This document shows positions 47,466 to 61,450 of a stretch of DNA of 64,000 nucleotides, piece by piece (positions within the stretch are counted from its first letter, which is position 1; the number at the start of each line of letters is the position of its first letter). Below the pieces are notes generated by a model, which saw only the letters and a list, made by a program, of their open reading frames with translations, did no database searches and was not told where the DNA came from. The DNA comes from Blepharisma stoltei ATCC 30299 (Eukaryota > Protista > Ciliophora), in NCBI GenBank assembly GCA_965603825.1, contig CBFDEM010000054.1, positions 620,001-684,000 on the forward strand, given 5' to 3'. A program made the position numbers and the translations under genes.

Positions 47466-49878
47466 ATGCTAAGAACCCTTCCGCCTAGCCTAATCGATTT
47501 TTTCTCCTCAAATCAAGCAACATTTATAAAATCGTTAAACTCGCGAGATCAAAACATCATAGCGAACGAGCTCGAATTCATTCTTGATAAAGCTAACTTC
47601 ACAAGCTGATTCTTCTCTGAGCCAAAAAAAGTTTTCAAAGTGCTTATGAGCGTTGGGTATCCAAGCTTCGCAGGAGATGTGGGTTACTCCTGTCTCAAAG
47701 ATTTAGTTGACTCAGAATTCGCTGACATCGTTCTTGAATTCCTTTGCAAAGTTAGTGCTGGTCTTTCAGAATCTATAAAGGATAGGGTCAGCACAATATT
47801 AAGAAAGCAGCTGGAAGAGTTAGATTGGGAACATCTTGATCCTTATGATATACTTGATTGAAGCACAGAAGATCAGTCTCACACACTATTGTCTTGGCTG
47901 ATAACTTTCGGTATGAGATTTTATATAGAGGAAACTGTGAGCTTAATAAATACTGAAAAATTTAGATATTTTTTGGACTGACTGATCCAAGAAAAAAATG
48001 ACTTTTTATGGGTAGAGCTTTATTTACTGATTATGAGTAGCTTGGCTGAATTTAATTTTGCTCTATTTTATCGATACTGAAATCTCAACAGCGGTAATTG
48101 AGTCCATTTACTGGCCAAAAAAATCCGTTCAAGGCAAGCTTTGGTATGTTTGATGGAAATCCTAACAAAAGACCAATGTCTATCAATACCGAAATTAGAA
48201 GAAGATAGCGTTTTTTTCCAAAAAATTTGAAATTTCATGTTTTACGGTGGGAATAGTTATGCTGAATCTCTCTTTTTAAAATTGTGCTCTCAGTCAGATC
48301 AATTTACACTTCTTTGCTTCAATAAATTAATTGACCTCTATTCTACTAATCCAGAAGATAAAATCATTTTTGTGCTCGATTCGTACGAAAAATTAATGAT
48401 TTATGAAAATATAGGGAGCTCGCTTTATTATCCAGATTTTGGCACAATTGTTGATCTATTGTTTTCAAAGAAGAAAACATGCGAACGTTTAATTAGTTTT
48501 GTTGACAATCAACTAAAGTCTCAATTATATATGAGTGGCTTTTTAAAAATTTACTTTTCGAGTCTCTCTCATGGAGCTGCTGGAAGAGAAAATGAAGAAA
48601 TTGTAATAAAGCAAATGATAATATATACTTTAGCGAACAATGCAAGAGAAGGCACAAATGAAAGAGAGCTAATAATAAGTGATTATATACACTATTTGAT
48701 GGATTATTTGGCAGAAAATGTATTCACACATGAAGAGATAGGAAATTACCTCAATTCAATTAAGCAAATTATTCGTTACATCCCAAGTTTGTATGAATAT
48801 ATAATACAATTAGCATCAGAAAAGCTAAAAAAAGCAAATGATCATCGCCATACATATTTGTTTGCAGAAATAGCTGATATAGCTTTAAATAAGGACATTA
48901 GAATTCCAAAACAAATATTAGAAATTTTTCAATATATTGCTGATTATCTCGAAAGCAATAAAGAAGGAAGTGACAGAGACGTTTTTAATAACGCCATAGC
49001 TTACTACACAGACAATCAGATTGAAGATATTGATCCTTTTAAAGTTAGGCATGAGCAGCTAAATGATGCAACAAAAATAGAGCTCTGAATTCGCTTAGTA
49101 TTAATCAAAAGAGGTATTCCAACTATATCCAATTCGCCTTTATTTTGTGTCCCATTTCACGAACATTTTTGTCATGAATCTTCAGAAAGGCGTTCATGAT
49201 AATATTTTGACTCTAGCAAACTCTTATGCTGCTAATATGATTGGAAGCGTCTGCAAGCCTGTTTCTTCATTTGATAAAGATCTTTTCTTATCACTTGTGG
49301 AATCTACAGTGGCATGCGCCGCTTTTACAGAGTATGGGTATGATCTTAGAAGTGCTGTAGGATTTGAAGAAAAAACATTTTATGTAAATTTACCATGAAG
49401 AACTCATGGAGTTACTGTCTTAGGAGGAGTCATTTTAATCAATTCAATAGCCAAGCAAAAAACACCATTCTGTAAGTGTGTAAAAATAATCGCCTACTTG
49501 CATGAATTAGCCCATGCTTTGAGAAAAACCGAAAATGGCCTGTATTCATTTGAAAATCATACTCCACAAAAAGATGAATCATTTTTTGAGGGTTACCCTA
49601 TGGCTAAGAGAGAAGATAGATTTCCGAAAGAAGCAGCAAAGAAAGAAGGAGGAATGCAACTAGAGTCAATCTTGTTTGGGAACTTTGTAAATAAAGTAAA
49701 TGATGAACAGATAAACTTTATTACTAATATAAACAATTGGAGTATGAATTTAGATGAGTTTAAATCAGAATTAGCAAAGCTCAACTCCGGTTCATCAGCT
49801 TACTATCAATTATGCAGAGATCAGTACTACTCTATTGATAGAGAACCCCATACAAATCCTTTATTCTGGAGCAAGTAA
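47466..49878 (+). pseudogene. Array unit 1 (frameshifting ~107-bp deletion near 49122)
   Basis: Open with TGA=Trp up to ~49120; lacks the segment equivalent to unit 3 54619-54725; HELAH lies in the shifted frame. Confidence 0.8.
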
Positions 49879-50207
49879 TTCGTTGTTGGTTTAATTAATA
49901 TTAGTTATTTTGATAATATGCAAGTTTTAAGAAACTTTTAGTCTATAAAATCGAAATAATATTTTAGTAAAAGTAAATCAATAAAAATGCATGATTCTTT
50001 ATGCTATTTTCTTAACCACATATTCAAATAATCTGGAATTTCGATATAGCGGTAAATTCCAATGAGAGCAAACACGCTAATCATTATTGAATGCTTAATT
50101 TTCAAAATAATTTGATAAAGCGAGGAATAAGTTAAAAATTTATAAATCAATATTGAAATACATTGTAATTTTAACTAATGGTTTTTATCTAATAATAATT
50201 ATTAAAT

Positions 50208-52617
50208 ATGCTGAAAAGCCTTCCCTCTAGCCTAATCGATTTTTTCTCCTCGAATCAAGCAACATTTACAAGATCGTTAGACTCCCGAAACCAAGATATC
50301 ATAGCGAACGAGCTCGATTTAATTCTGAATGAAGCTAACTTCACAAGCTGAATCTATTCTGAGCCCAAAAAAATTTCAAAGTGCTTATGAGCGTTGGGTA
50401 TCCAAGCTTTTCAGGATTTGTGGATTACTCCAGTCTCAAAGATTTAGTTGATTCAGAATACGCTGATATCGTTCTTGAATTCCTTTGCAAAGTTAGCGCT
50501 GATCTTCCAGAATCTATTAAGGATAGGGTCAACACAGAATTAATTAAGCAGCTGGAAGAGTTAGACTGGGAGCATCTTGATTCTTATGATATACTTGAAT
50601 GAGGCACAGAAGATCAGTCTCACACTCTATTGTCTTGGCTGATAACTTTCAGTATAAGATATAAAATAGAGTCAATTGCGAGCTTAATAAATAATGAAAA
50701 ATTTAAATATTTCTTGGACTCACTGATCCAAGAAAAAAATGATTTTTTGAGGGCAGATCTTTATTTACTTATTATTTGTAGCTTGGCTGCATATAATACC
50801 AACCTATTTAATCAATATTGAAATATCAACAGCGGCAATTGAGTCCGTTTACTTGCCCAAAAAATTTATTCAAGACAAGCTTTGGTATGTTTGATGGAAA
50901 TCCTAACAAATGATAAATGCCTATGTATAACTCAATTAAAAGAAGATGGTACTTTTTTCCAAAACATTTGAAATTTCATGTTTTACGGTGGGAATGATTA
51001 TGTTGAATCTCTCTTTTTAAAATTGTGCTCTCAGTCAATTCAATTTACAGTTCTTTGCTTTAATAAATTAATTGACCTCTATTCTACTAATTCAGAAGAT
51101 AAAATCATTTTTGTGCTCGGTTTGTACGAAACATTAATGATTTATGAAAATATAGGGAGCTCACTTTATTATCCAAATTTTGCCCAAATTGTTGATCTAT
51201 TGTTTTCAAAGGAGAAAACATGCGAATATTTAATTAGTTTTGTTGACAATCAACTAAAGTCTCAATTATATATGAGTGACTTTTTAAAAATTTACTTTTC
51301 GAGTCTCTCTCATGGAGCTGCTGGAAGAGGAAATGAAGAAATTGTAACAAAGCAAATGATAATATATACTTTAGCGAACAATGCCAGAGAAGGCGCAAAT
51401 GAAAGAGAGCTATTAATAAGTGATTATATAATCTATTTGATGGATTATTTGGCAGAAAATACATTCACACATGAAGAGATAGGAAATTACCTTAATTCAA
51501 TTAAGCAAATTATTCGTTACATCCCAAGTTTGTATGAATATATAATACAATTAGCATCAGAAAAGCTAAAAAAAGCAAATGATCATCGCCATACATATTT
51601 GTTTGCAGAAATAGCTGATATAGCTTTAAATAAGGACATTAGAATTCCAAAAAAAATATTAGAAATTTTCCAACACATAACTGCATATCTCGAAAACGAT
51701 AAAGAATTAAGTGGCAGAGACGCTTTTAATAACGCCATAGCTTACTACACAGACAATCAGATTGAAGATATTGATCCTTTTAAAGTTAGGCATGACCAGC
51801 TAAATGATGCAACAAAAATAGAGTTCTGAATTCGCTCAGTATTAATCAAAAGAGGTGTTCCAACTATATCCAATTCGCCTTTATTTTGTATCCCATTTCA
51901 CGACCATTTTTATCATGAATCTTCAGCAAGGCTTTCATGATATATTTTAACTCTAGCTAACTCTTATGCTGCTAATATGATTGGAAGCGTCAGCGAACCT
52001 GTTTCTTCATCTGATAAAGATCTTTTCTTATCGCTTGTGAAATCTACAGTGGCGCGCGCCGCTTTTAGAGAATATGGGTATGATCTTAGAAGTGCTGCAG
52101 GATTTGAAGAAAAACATTTTATCTAGATTTACCTTTGAAAACTCATAGTGTGACTGTCTTAGGAGGAGTCATTTTAATCAATTCAATAGCCAAGCAAAAA
52201 ACACCATTCTGTAAGTGTGTAAAAATAATCGCTTACTTGCATGAATTAGCTCATGCTTTGATAAAAACCGAAAATGGCCTGTATTCATTTGAAAATCATA
52301 CTCCACAAAAAGATGAATCATTTTTTGAGGGTTACCCTATGGCTAAGAGAGAAGATAGATTTCCGAAAGAAGCAGCAAAGAAAGAAGGAGGAATGCAACT
52401 AGAGTCAATCTTGTTTGGGAAGTTTTTAAATAAAGTGAATGATGAACAGATAAACTTTATTACTAATATAAACAATTGGAATATGAGTTTAGATGAGTTT
52501 AAATCAGAATTAGCAAAACTCAACTCCAGCTCATCAACTTACTATCAATTATGCAGAGATCAGTACTACTCTATTGATAGAGAACCCCATACAAATCCTT
52601 TATTCTGAAACAAGTAA
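50208..52617 (+). pseudogene. Array unit 2 (frameshifts near 50370, 51865 and 52110)
   Basis: 1-bp losses in A-runs plus the same ~107-bp deletion as unit 1. Confidence 0.8.
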
Positions 52618-52952
52618 TTCGTTGTTGGTTTAATTAATATTAGCTTATTTTATAATATGCAAGTTTTAAGAAACTTTTAGTCTATAAAATCGAAATAATA
52701 TTTTGATAAAAGTAAACCCCTAAAAATGTTTGATTCTTTACAATCTCCTTAGTCACATATTCAAATAATCTGAGATTTCGATATAGCGATAAATTTCATT
52801 AATTCGACTTGGGTACTTGATTTTCTGAATAATTTGATAATCAAGGAATAAGAAAATATAAATAAAAATGAAGTGTTTAAAATTTATAAATCCAATATTT
52901 AAATAAATTGTAATTTTAACAAATGGTTTTCATCTAATAATAATTATTAAAT

Positions 52953-55475
52953 ATGCTAAAAAGCCTTCCCTCTAGCCTAATTGGTTTTTTCTCCTCGAAT
53001 CAAGCAACATTTATAAGATCGTTAGACTCCCGAAACCAAGATATCATAGCGAACGAGCTCGATTTAATTCTGAATGAAGCTAACTTCACAAGCTGAATCT
53101 CTTCTGAGCCAAAAAAAGCTTTCAAAGTGCTTATGAGCATTGGATATCCAAGCTTTTTAGGATATGTTGATTACTCCAGCCTCAAAGATTTAGTTGATTC
53201 AGAGTATGCAGATATCGTTCTTGAGTTCCTTTGCAAAGTTAGCGCTGATCTTCCAGAATCTATAAAGGATAGAGTCAAAACAGAATTAATTAAGCTGCTG
53301 GAAGAGTTAGATTGGGAGCATCTTGATCCTTATGATATACTTTATTATAACACAGAAGACCAGTCTCACACACTATTGTCTTTGCTGATAACTTTCGGTA
53401 TAAGATTTAATCTAGAGGAAACTGTGAGCTTAATAAATAATGAAAAATTTAGATTTTTCTTGGACTGATTGATCCAAGAAAAAGATGACTTTTTATGGGC
53501 AGAGCTTTATTTACTTATTATGAGTAGCTTGGCTGAATATAATTTTGCTCTATTTTATCGATGCTGAAATCGCAAAAGCAGCAAATGATATTTACTGGCT
53601 CAAAAAATCCGTTCAAGGCAAGATTTGGTATGCTTGATGGAAATCCTAGCAAAATATAATTGTGTATGAATACCTGAATTAAAAGAAGATGATACTTTTT
53701 TCCAAAAAATTTGAAATTTCATGTTTGATATAAATAATGAGCACGATATATCCCTCTTTTTAACATTGTGCTCTCAGTCAGATGAATTTACAGTTTTTTG
53801 CTTCGATAAGTTAATTGACCTCTATTCTGCTAATCCAGATATTAACGAAGATAAAATCATTACTGTACTCAGCTTGCACGAAAAATTAATGATTTATGCG
53901 AATATAGGCAGCTCACTTGAGTATCCAAAATTTGCCCAAATTGTTGATCAATTGTTTATAAAGGGCAAAACAAGCCGCTATTTAATCAGTTTTGTTGACA
54001 ATCAACTAAAGTCTCAATTATATATGAGTGACTTTTTAAAAATTTACTTTTCGAGTCTCTCTCATGGAGCTGCTGGAAGAGGAAATGAAGAAATTGTAAC
54101 AAAGCAAATGATAATATATACTTTAGCGAACAACGCCAGAGAAGGCGCAAATGAAAGAGAGCTAATAATAAGTGATTATATACGCTATTTGATGGATTAT
54201 TTGGCAGAAAATGTATTCACACATGAAGAGATCGGAAATTACCTCAATTCAATTAAGCAAATTATTCGTTACATCCCAAGTTTGTATGAATATATAATAC
54301 AATTAGCATCAGAAAAGCTAAAAAAAGCAAATGATCATCGCCATACATATTTGTTTGCAGAAATAGCTGATATAGCTTTAAATAAGGACATTGGAATTCC
54401 AAAACAAATATTAGAAATTTTTCAACATATAGCTGCATATCTCGATAGTGGTAGAGAAGAAAGTGACAAAGACTATTTGAAAAGCACAATAGCTAACTAC
54501 ACAGACAGTCAAATTAAAGATATTAATCCTTTTAAAGTTAGGCATGAGCATCTAAATGATGCAACAAAAATAGAGTGCTGGATTCGCTCAGTATTAATCA
54601 AAAAAGGTGCTCCAAATATTATGAAAAGAACACTTTTACCAAATGATATTAATTTTATCAAACAGATACTACAAAAATTAGAAAACTCATTTCCATTTGA
54701 AAGTATATTCAATAATAATATTCCATATCCAATTCGACTTTATTTTGTGTCCCATTTCATGACCATTTTTTCCATGAATCTTCAGCATGGCATTCATAAT
54801 AATATTTTGACTGAAGCTAACTCTTATGCTGCCAAAATGATTGGAAGTGTTTGTGAGCCTATTTCTTTCTTTGATAAAGTTCTTTTTTCATCACTCGTGG
54901 AATCTAACGTGGCACGCACCGCTTTTACAGAGTATGGGTATGATCTTAGAAATGCTAAAGGATTTGAAGAAAAAACATTTTATGTAGATTTACCCCGAAG
55001 AACTCATGGAGTGACTGTCTTAGGAGGAGTCATTCTATTAAATTTAGTCACCAAGGAGCAAACTCCATTCTTTCAGTGTGTAAAAATAATCGCCTACTTG
55101 CATGAATTAGCGCATGCTTTGAGAAAAACCGAAAATGGCCTGTATTCATTTGAAAATCATACTCCAGAAAAATCTGAACGATTTTATGAGGGTTACCCTA
55201 TGACTAAGAGAGATGATAACTTTCTGAAAGAAGCAGCAAAAAAAGAAGGAGGAATGCAACTAGAGACAATCTTGTTTGGGAACTTTGTAAATAAAGTGAA
55301 CGACGAACAGATAAGCTTTATTAATGATATAACCAATTGGAATATGAGTTTAGATGAGTTTAAATCGAAATTAGCAAAGCTCAACTCCGGCTCATCAACT
55401 TACTATCAATTATGCAGAGATCAGTACTACTCTATTGATAGAGCACCTCATATAAATACTTCTTACTGATGCTAG
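52953..55475 (+). CDS. Array unit 3: intact 840-aa protein with a predicted helical N-terminus and a C-terminal HExxH zincin-like metalloprotease domain
   Basis: Single frame ATG 52953 to TAG 55473-75 with TGA=Trp; THGVTVLGGVILLN..AYLHELAHALRK..HTPE..EGGMQLETILFG. Confidence 0.85.
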
Positions 55476-55729
55476 AAATCCGTTGTTAGTTTAATTAATA
55501 AGAGCTTATTAGCTTATTTTGATAATATGTAAGATTTTAGAAACTTTTAGTTTAAAATCGAAAATAATATTTCGATAAAAGTAAATCCATAAAAAAAATT
55601 TTATTTTTTAAAGGATATGTGACTTCTTGCTTGAGCTAATAAGAACACAAAATTCTTTTGAAATATGCATAATTTTTAAAAAATATATACTGCTGAGCAT
55701 TTCGGCTTACCTTTTTTAATGTTTTCTTT

Positions 55730-55883
55730 GAGGCGTGCATTCATGGAATCATTGTTAACCAAGCTTTATAATTCAATAAAATAATATATCCTATCAAAAT
55801 CATAGAATAAAAATTGATGAAGTAAATCTTTAAATAGTAAAAAGCTTAATGGAGCCTTATAATAGACTTATTTTTATATAAAT
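55730..55883 (+). repeat. Decayed copy of the TTC5 3' end and downstream spacer
   Basis: GTTAACCAAGCTTTATAATTCAATAAA... matches 46818 GTTAATCAGGCTTTATAATTCAATAAA...; another copy lies at ~63308-63468. Confidence 0.85.
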
Positions 55884-56780
55884 ATCATAGTTCCAGCATA
55901 AAGCACTAAATCAAACCTTAAAGAGTCCACAACATCATTTTTAACTAATATTATACACTTTTTTCGTTAAATTTTTAACAAAATCAATTAATTCTGATTC
56001 CCAGTCAGAAATTTCGCTATCTGATAAGTCGTTAGGCTGAGTATAATATTTATACGGCATAGCTTCGAATTAATATAAATTATTTGAAACTTCGGAGTCA
56101 ACAGTTAAATTATAAGGAAGCCGCTTAGACAGCATTTAAATGATAGAAATATATCGCTCGCCGTAATTTGGATATAAAGTTGCTAAGCGCAAGCATTTTC
56201 CACTTTGAATTTTTATTGGACTTTATAAAATCCATTCTATACGGGTAGCACTCCCACTCCATAAATTGGCATGCTATAGAGAATCTAGATGAATTATAAT
56301 TAGAACACTGTACTGCAATTGATAATAAAATAATATTAGCAGTACTCAAGCTATTCTAATGATTTCTATTTAAAGATTCTAGAGTTTTTAGCTTCAAAAT
56401 AGCTCGTGTGCAGTTTTAGCATATTTGCTGATTTATTAGATAGCAATTTCTCATCCTTAGTGAAAATTGACTTGATAATAAAATATTTAGAATAAAATAT
56501 AGGTATATGAAATAAAAGGGATGAGGGTATTAGCGAAGAGGGCTTTTGCGGGGGTGCAGTATGCTATATTCTTAACCACATATTCAGATAATCTCATTTT
56601 CGATATAGTGATATATTTCATTGAGAGCAAACGCGTTGATCATCATTGACTGCTTAATTTATGAATAATTTGATATGAGAAAATATGAATAAAAGATTAA
56701 GCGCTTAAAATTTATAAATCCAATATTTAAATAAATTGTAATTTTAACAAATGGTTTTCATCTAATAATAATTATTAAAT

Positions 56781-59212
56781 ATGATAAAGAGCCTTCCCTC
56801 TAGCCTAATCGATTTTTTCTCTTCGAATCAAGCAACATTTATAAAATCATTAGACTCCCGAAAGCAAGATATCATAGCGAACGAGCTCGATTTAATTCTG
56901 GATGAAGCTAACTTCACAAGCTGAATCTCTTCTGAGCCAAAAAAAGCTTTCAAAGTGCTTATGAGCATTGGATATCCAAGCTTTTTAGGATATGTTGATT
57001 ACTCCAGCCTCAAAGATTTAGTTGATTCAGAGTATGCTGATATCGTTCTTGAGTTCCTTTGCAAAGTTAGCGCTGATCTTCCAGAATCTATAAAGGATAG
57101 AGTCAAAACAGAATTAATTAAGCTGCTGGAAGAGTTAGATTGGGAACATCTTGATCCTTATGATATACTTGATTGAAGCACAGAAGATCAGTCTCACACA
57201 CTATTGTCTTTGCTGATAACTTTCGGTATAAGATTTAATCTAGAGGAAACTGTGAGCTTAATAAATAATGAAAAATTTAGATTTTTCTTGGACTGATTGA
57301 TCCAAGAAAAAGATGACTTTTTATGGGCAGAGCTTTATTTACTTATTATGAGTAGCTTGGCTGAATATAATACCAATCTATTTAATCAATACTGAAATTT
57401 TAACAGCAGAAATTGAGTCCGTTTGCTGGCTCAAAAAATTAATTCAAGACAAGCTTTGGTATGTTTGATGGAAATCCTAACAAATGATAAATGCCTGTGC
57501 CTAACTGAATTAAAAGAAGATGGCACTTTTTTCCAAAAAATTTGAAATTTCATGTTTGACTGGAACAATAGTTATATTGAATCTCTCTTTTTAAATTGCG
57601 CTCTCAGTCAAATCAATTTACAGTTCTTTGCTTCAATGAGTTAATTGACCTCTATTCTGCTTGTCCAGATATTAGTGAACATAAAATGATTTCTATGCTC
57701 AATTTGTACCAAAAATTAATGATTTTTGAGAATATAGGCAACTCACTTGATTATCCAAATTTTAGCAAAATTGTTGATCCATTTTTTTTAAAGCGCAAAA
57801 CACACAACTATTTAATCAGTTTTGTTGACAATCAACTAAAGTCTCAATTATATATGAGTGACTTTTTAGAAATTTACTTTAAAAAGCTCTCAACTGGAGC
57901 TGTTGGAATAGAAAAACAAGAAACTGTAATAAAGCAAATGATTATATATACTGTAACTAATAATGCCAGAGAAAGCACAAATGAAAGAGAGCTAATAATA
58001 AGAGATTATATAATCTATTTGATGGATTATTTTGCACAAAATACATTCACACTTGTAGAGAACGTAAAATATTACACTTGAATTGAGCAAATTATTGATT
58101 ACATCCCAAGTTTATATGAATTTATAATACATTTAGCATCGGAAAAGTTAAAAATAGCAAATGATGTTGACCATAGGTTTTTGTTTGCAGAAATAGCTGA
58201 TATAACTATAAATAAGGACATGGGAAATCCAAAAGAAATACTAGAAATTTTTCAACATATAGTTGCATATCTTGATAGCGATAGAGAAGAAAGTGACAGA
58301 GACGTTTTGAGTAGCGCCGTAGCTAACTACATAGACAGTCAGATTGAAGAAAGCAATCCTTTTAAAATTGGGCATGAGCAGCTAAATGATGCAACAAAAA
58401 TAGAATGCTGAATTCGCTCAGTATTAATCAAAAAAGGTGTTCCAAATATTCTGGCAAAAACTTTTTCACCAAATGAAGCTAATTTTATCAAACAGATCCT
58501 ACAAAAATTAGCAGCATCATTTCCATTTCAAATTATATTCAATAATAATAATATTTTGACTGAAGTTAACTCTTATTCTGCCGAAATGATTAAATGCGTC
58601 TGTGAGCCTGTTTCTTCATTTGATAAAGATCTTTTCTTATCAATTGTGGAATCTACAGTTGCGCAAGCCGCTTTTACAGAGTATGGGTATGATCTTACAA
58701 GTGCAGTTGGATTTGAAGAAAAAACATTTTATGTAAATTTACCTTTGAAAACTCATAGTGTGACTGTCTTAGGAGGAATTATTCTAATCAATGTAATAAA
58801 CAAGAAGAAAGAATCATTCGGTGAGTGTGCAAATATATTCGCTTATTTGCATGAATTAGCAAATATTTTGAGAAAAACTGAAAATGGACTGTATTTATTT
58901 GAAAATGATACTCCAGATAAAGATGAGGGTGATCCTATGGCTAAGAGAGATGATAGTTCTCTGAAAGAAGAGGAAAAGAAAGAAGAAATACAAATAGAAT
59001 CAATCTTGTTTGGGGACTTTGCAAATAAAGTGAACGAGGAGCAGGTAAGCTTTATTATTAATATAAAAAATTGGAATATGAGTTTAGATGAGTTTAAATC
59101 AAATTTAAAAGAGCTTAGCTCCTGCTCATCATTTTTCTATCAATTGTGTAGAGATCAGTACTACTCGAATGATAGAGCACCTCATACAAATCCTTTATTC
59201 TGAAGCAAGTAA
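56781..59212 (+). pseudogene. Array unit 4 (frameshift near 57593, ~81-bp deletion near 58550, HELAH changed to HELAN)
   Basis: Frame change between ORFs 56955 and 57596; deletion between AATAATATT microhomologies. Confidence 0.8.
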
Positions 59213-59288
59213 TTCGCTGTTAGCTTTATTAATATTAGTTTATTTTGATAATATGTAAGATTTAAGCAACTTTTAGTCTGTAAAATCT

Positions 59289-61254
59289 TAAATCCCCAAA
59301 CTACTAATCCTACTGAAAATACTATTTTGGTAATGTGCTATGGTGAAGGCTCTGAAGACATTATTTAATCAAATGTGATCAGATACCCAACTACCTCTGC
59401 TCATGAAGAAAGCGCATATTGTGCTGATTCCGAAGGTGAAAGATAGCAAAAATCCTCAAAATCTAAGGCCGATCACTCTGATAAATGCTATATACAAACT
59501 GTTTGACAAATTGGTGACTGAGAGACTACGCAGAGATATCACAGAAAAGAATATCATTCACCCTTCTCAAGCGGGCTTCATCTCAGGCAGAAACTGTACT
59601 GAGCACATCTTTAGCCTTCAAACCATAATAGCGCTCAGAGAAAAAATGTCCAAGCCAACGTATTGTGCATATCTAGACTTAAAAAAGGCCTTTGACTCGG
59701 TACATAGAGGTCTGCTTTTTAAAACAATGCTGGATAGAGGCATCGATTCAAAACTGGTTGCGATAATTCAAGAAATGTACAAAGACGAAAGCAGCTCAAT
59801 CATCATAAATGGCCGTTTAAGCAAATGGATCAGTATAAACAAGGGAGTCAGACAAGGAGGCTGCTCATCGCCATTATGTTTTAATTTTATACCGAACGAG
59901 TTAGCCTGAGAATTAGAAAATAAAAAGCTTGGTGTTGCAATTCCTGGAGGGCAAACGATTGGGCTTCTCCTGTATGCGGATGACGTAGTGCTAATTGCGG
60001 AATCATCGACACAGCTAAATAGGATGTGCATGGTAGTACAAGACTGGCTGAATCGATATAAACTTCTCCTAAATATTGCAAAATCGAATGTTGTTGTCTA
60101 TCACTCCAGAGATAGACCGCGGATAGAAATCAATGGGGAAAGGCTCCAAGTCATAAATAGCTACAAGTATCTAGGGTACCTGGTTGACAAGAGGATTGGA
60201 AACACTACACACTTAAAAGAGAGATTGGGGAAGATGAAAGCCTCTGTTGGAACATTCATGGGAATGCTGCATGCAATGAAAGGCGTAAGGATAGAAAAGA
60301 AGAAGACGATAGCTAGAGCATGCATCAACACAGTCGCACTATATGGCACTGAAGTGTTTGCTACATCTGAGAACTACAACAGCGTTTTAGAAATGATGGA
60401 GCGGCTTCAGAGAAGGTATGCCAGAAGACTACTTGGAGCGCCCAGGAATGCATGCAACGAGACTGTATTAAATGACGCAGACATAGTTAGCATTGAAACG
60501 GAGCTGGACAACAGATTGCTAGCGTTCAGATGTAGATTACAGACCAAAGGGAATGCGATCATCCAGGATTTACTACAAATTAATAAACAATGATTATTAC
60601 CATGGGAAATAAGATGCAGAAAGGTGCAAGAAAAATACGGGCTGCCTGACGATGGTATCAATGATCATTGAAGTAAGATGAAAATGAGATCTGATGCCAA
60701 AAAAATAGAAAGAATGCCAACTGAAACATGAAAAACAACTGGATTATACAGGACTCTGATAGGAAGCGAACCAAAGGATGGACTGCCGCTATATTTGCGG
60801 GGCACTCCAGCAATGAATGGAGCAACCAGCATAATTTTTGGATTAAGGGCAGGCTCAAACTTTACCAATCAGTGTAGATATACTAGGCACATTATTGACA
60901 GTCCTGATTGCAAATTCTGTGGAAAGCCGGTAGAAGATGAAGTACATGTAATTGAAGAATGTGAAGCATATGAAGAAAGCAGGATAAAGATTACTGAATT
61001 TTTGAAGGGATTATTAAAGGATCACTTCTCATTGCTAAAATTGACAGAGATAGTTTTATACAGCTGAAGGCTTGAACAGTCATGAAAAAGAAATGCTGAA
61101 GGGAAATAGAAGCTCTCAACAAAAATGTGAATGGCTTTTTTAAAGAAATCTTAAAAATCCGAATAAATTTAGAGAAGAATTTGGCTCAATAAGTGAGCGT
61201 TAAACCGTAATTTATATCTTATATAAGATTTTTTTGAAATTTTTTTTGCAATAG
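59289..61254 (+). mobile_element. 5'-truncated non-LTR retrotransposon (RT domain + C-terminal CCHC finger)
   Basis: IVLIPK..NLRPITLIN..YKLF, QAGFISGR, YLDLKKAFDSV, GVRQGGCSSPLCFN, LLYADD, YKYLG, CKFC..EDEVHVIEEC. Frame open 59340-61109 with TGA=Trp. No endonuclease domain and no clear TSD; boundaries approximate. Confidence 0.92.
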
Positions 61255-61450
61255 GCACATATTCAGATAATCTGAGATTTTGATATAGAGATAAATTTCA
61301 TTAATTAGACTTGTACTTGATTTTCTGAATAATTTGATAATCAAGGAATAAGAAAATAAAATAAAAATGAAGTGATTAAAATTTATAAATCCAATATTTA
61401 AAGAATTATAATTTTAGCAAATGGTTTTCCTCTAATAATAATTATTAAAT

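Noticed and set aside
59289-61254. RT beside repeated genes interpreted as a diversity-generating retroelement or retron
   Set aside because: The RT has LINE-type motifs and a CCHC tail. Differences among array units are segmental and not adenine-specific, and no template/variable repeat pair was seen.
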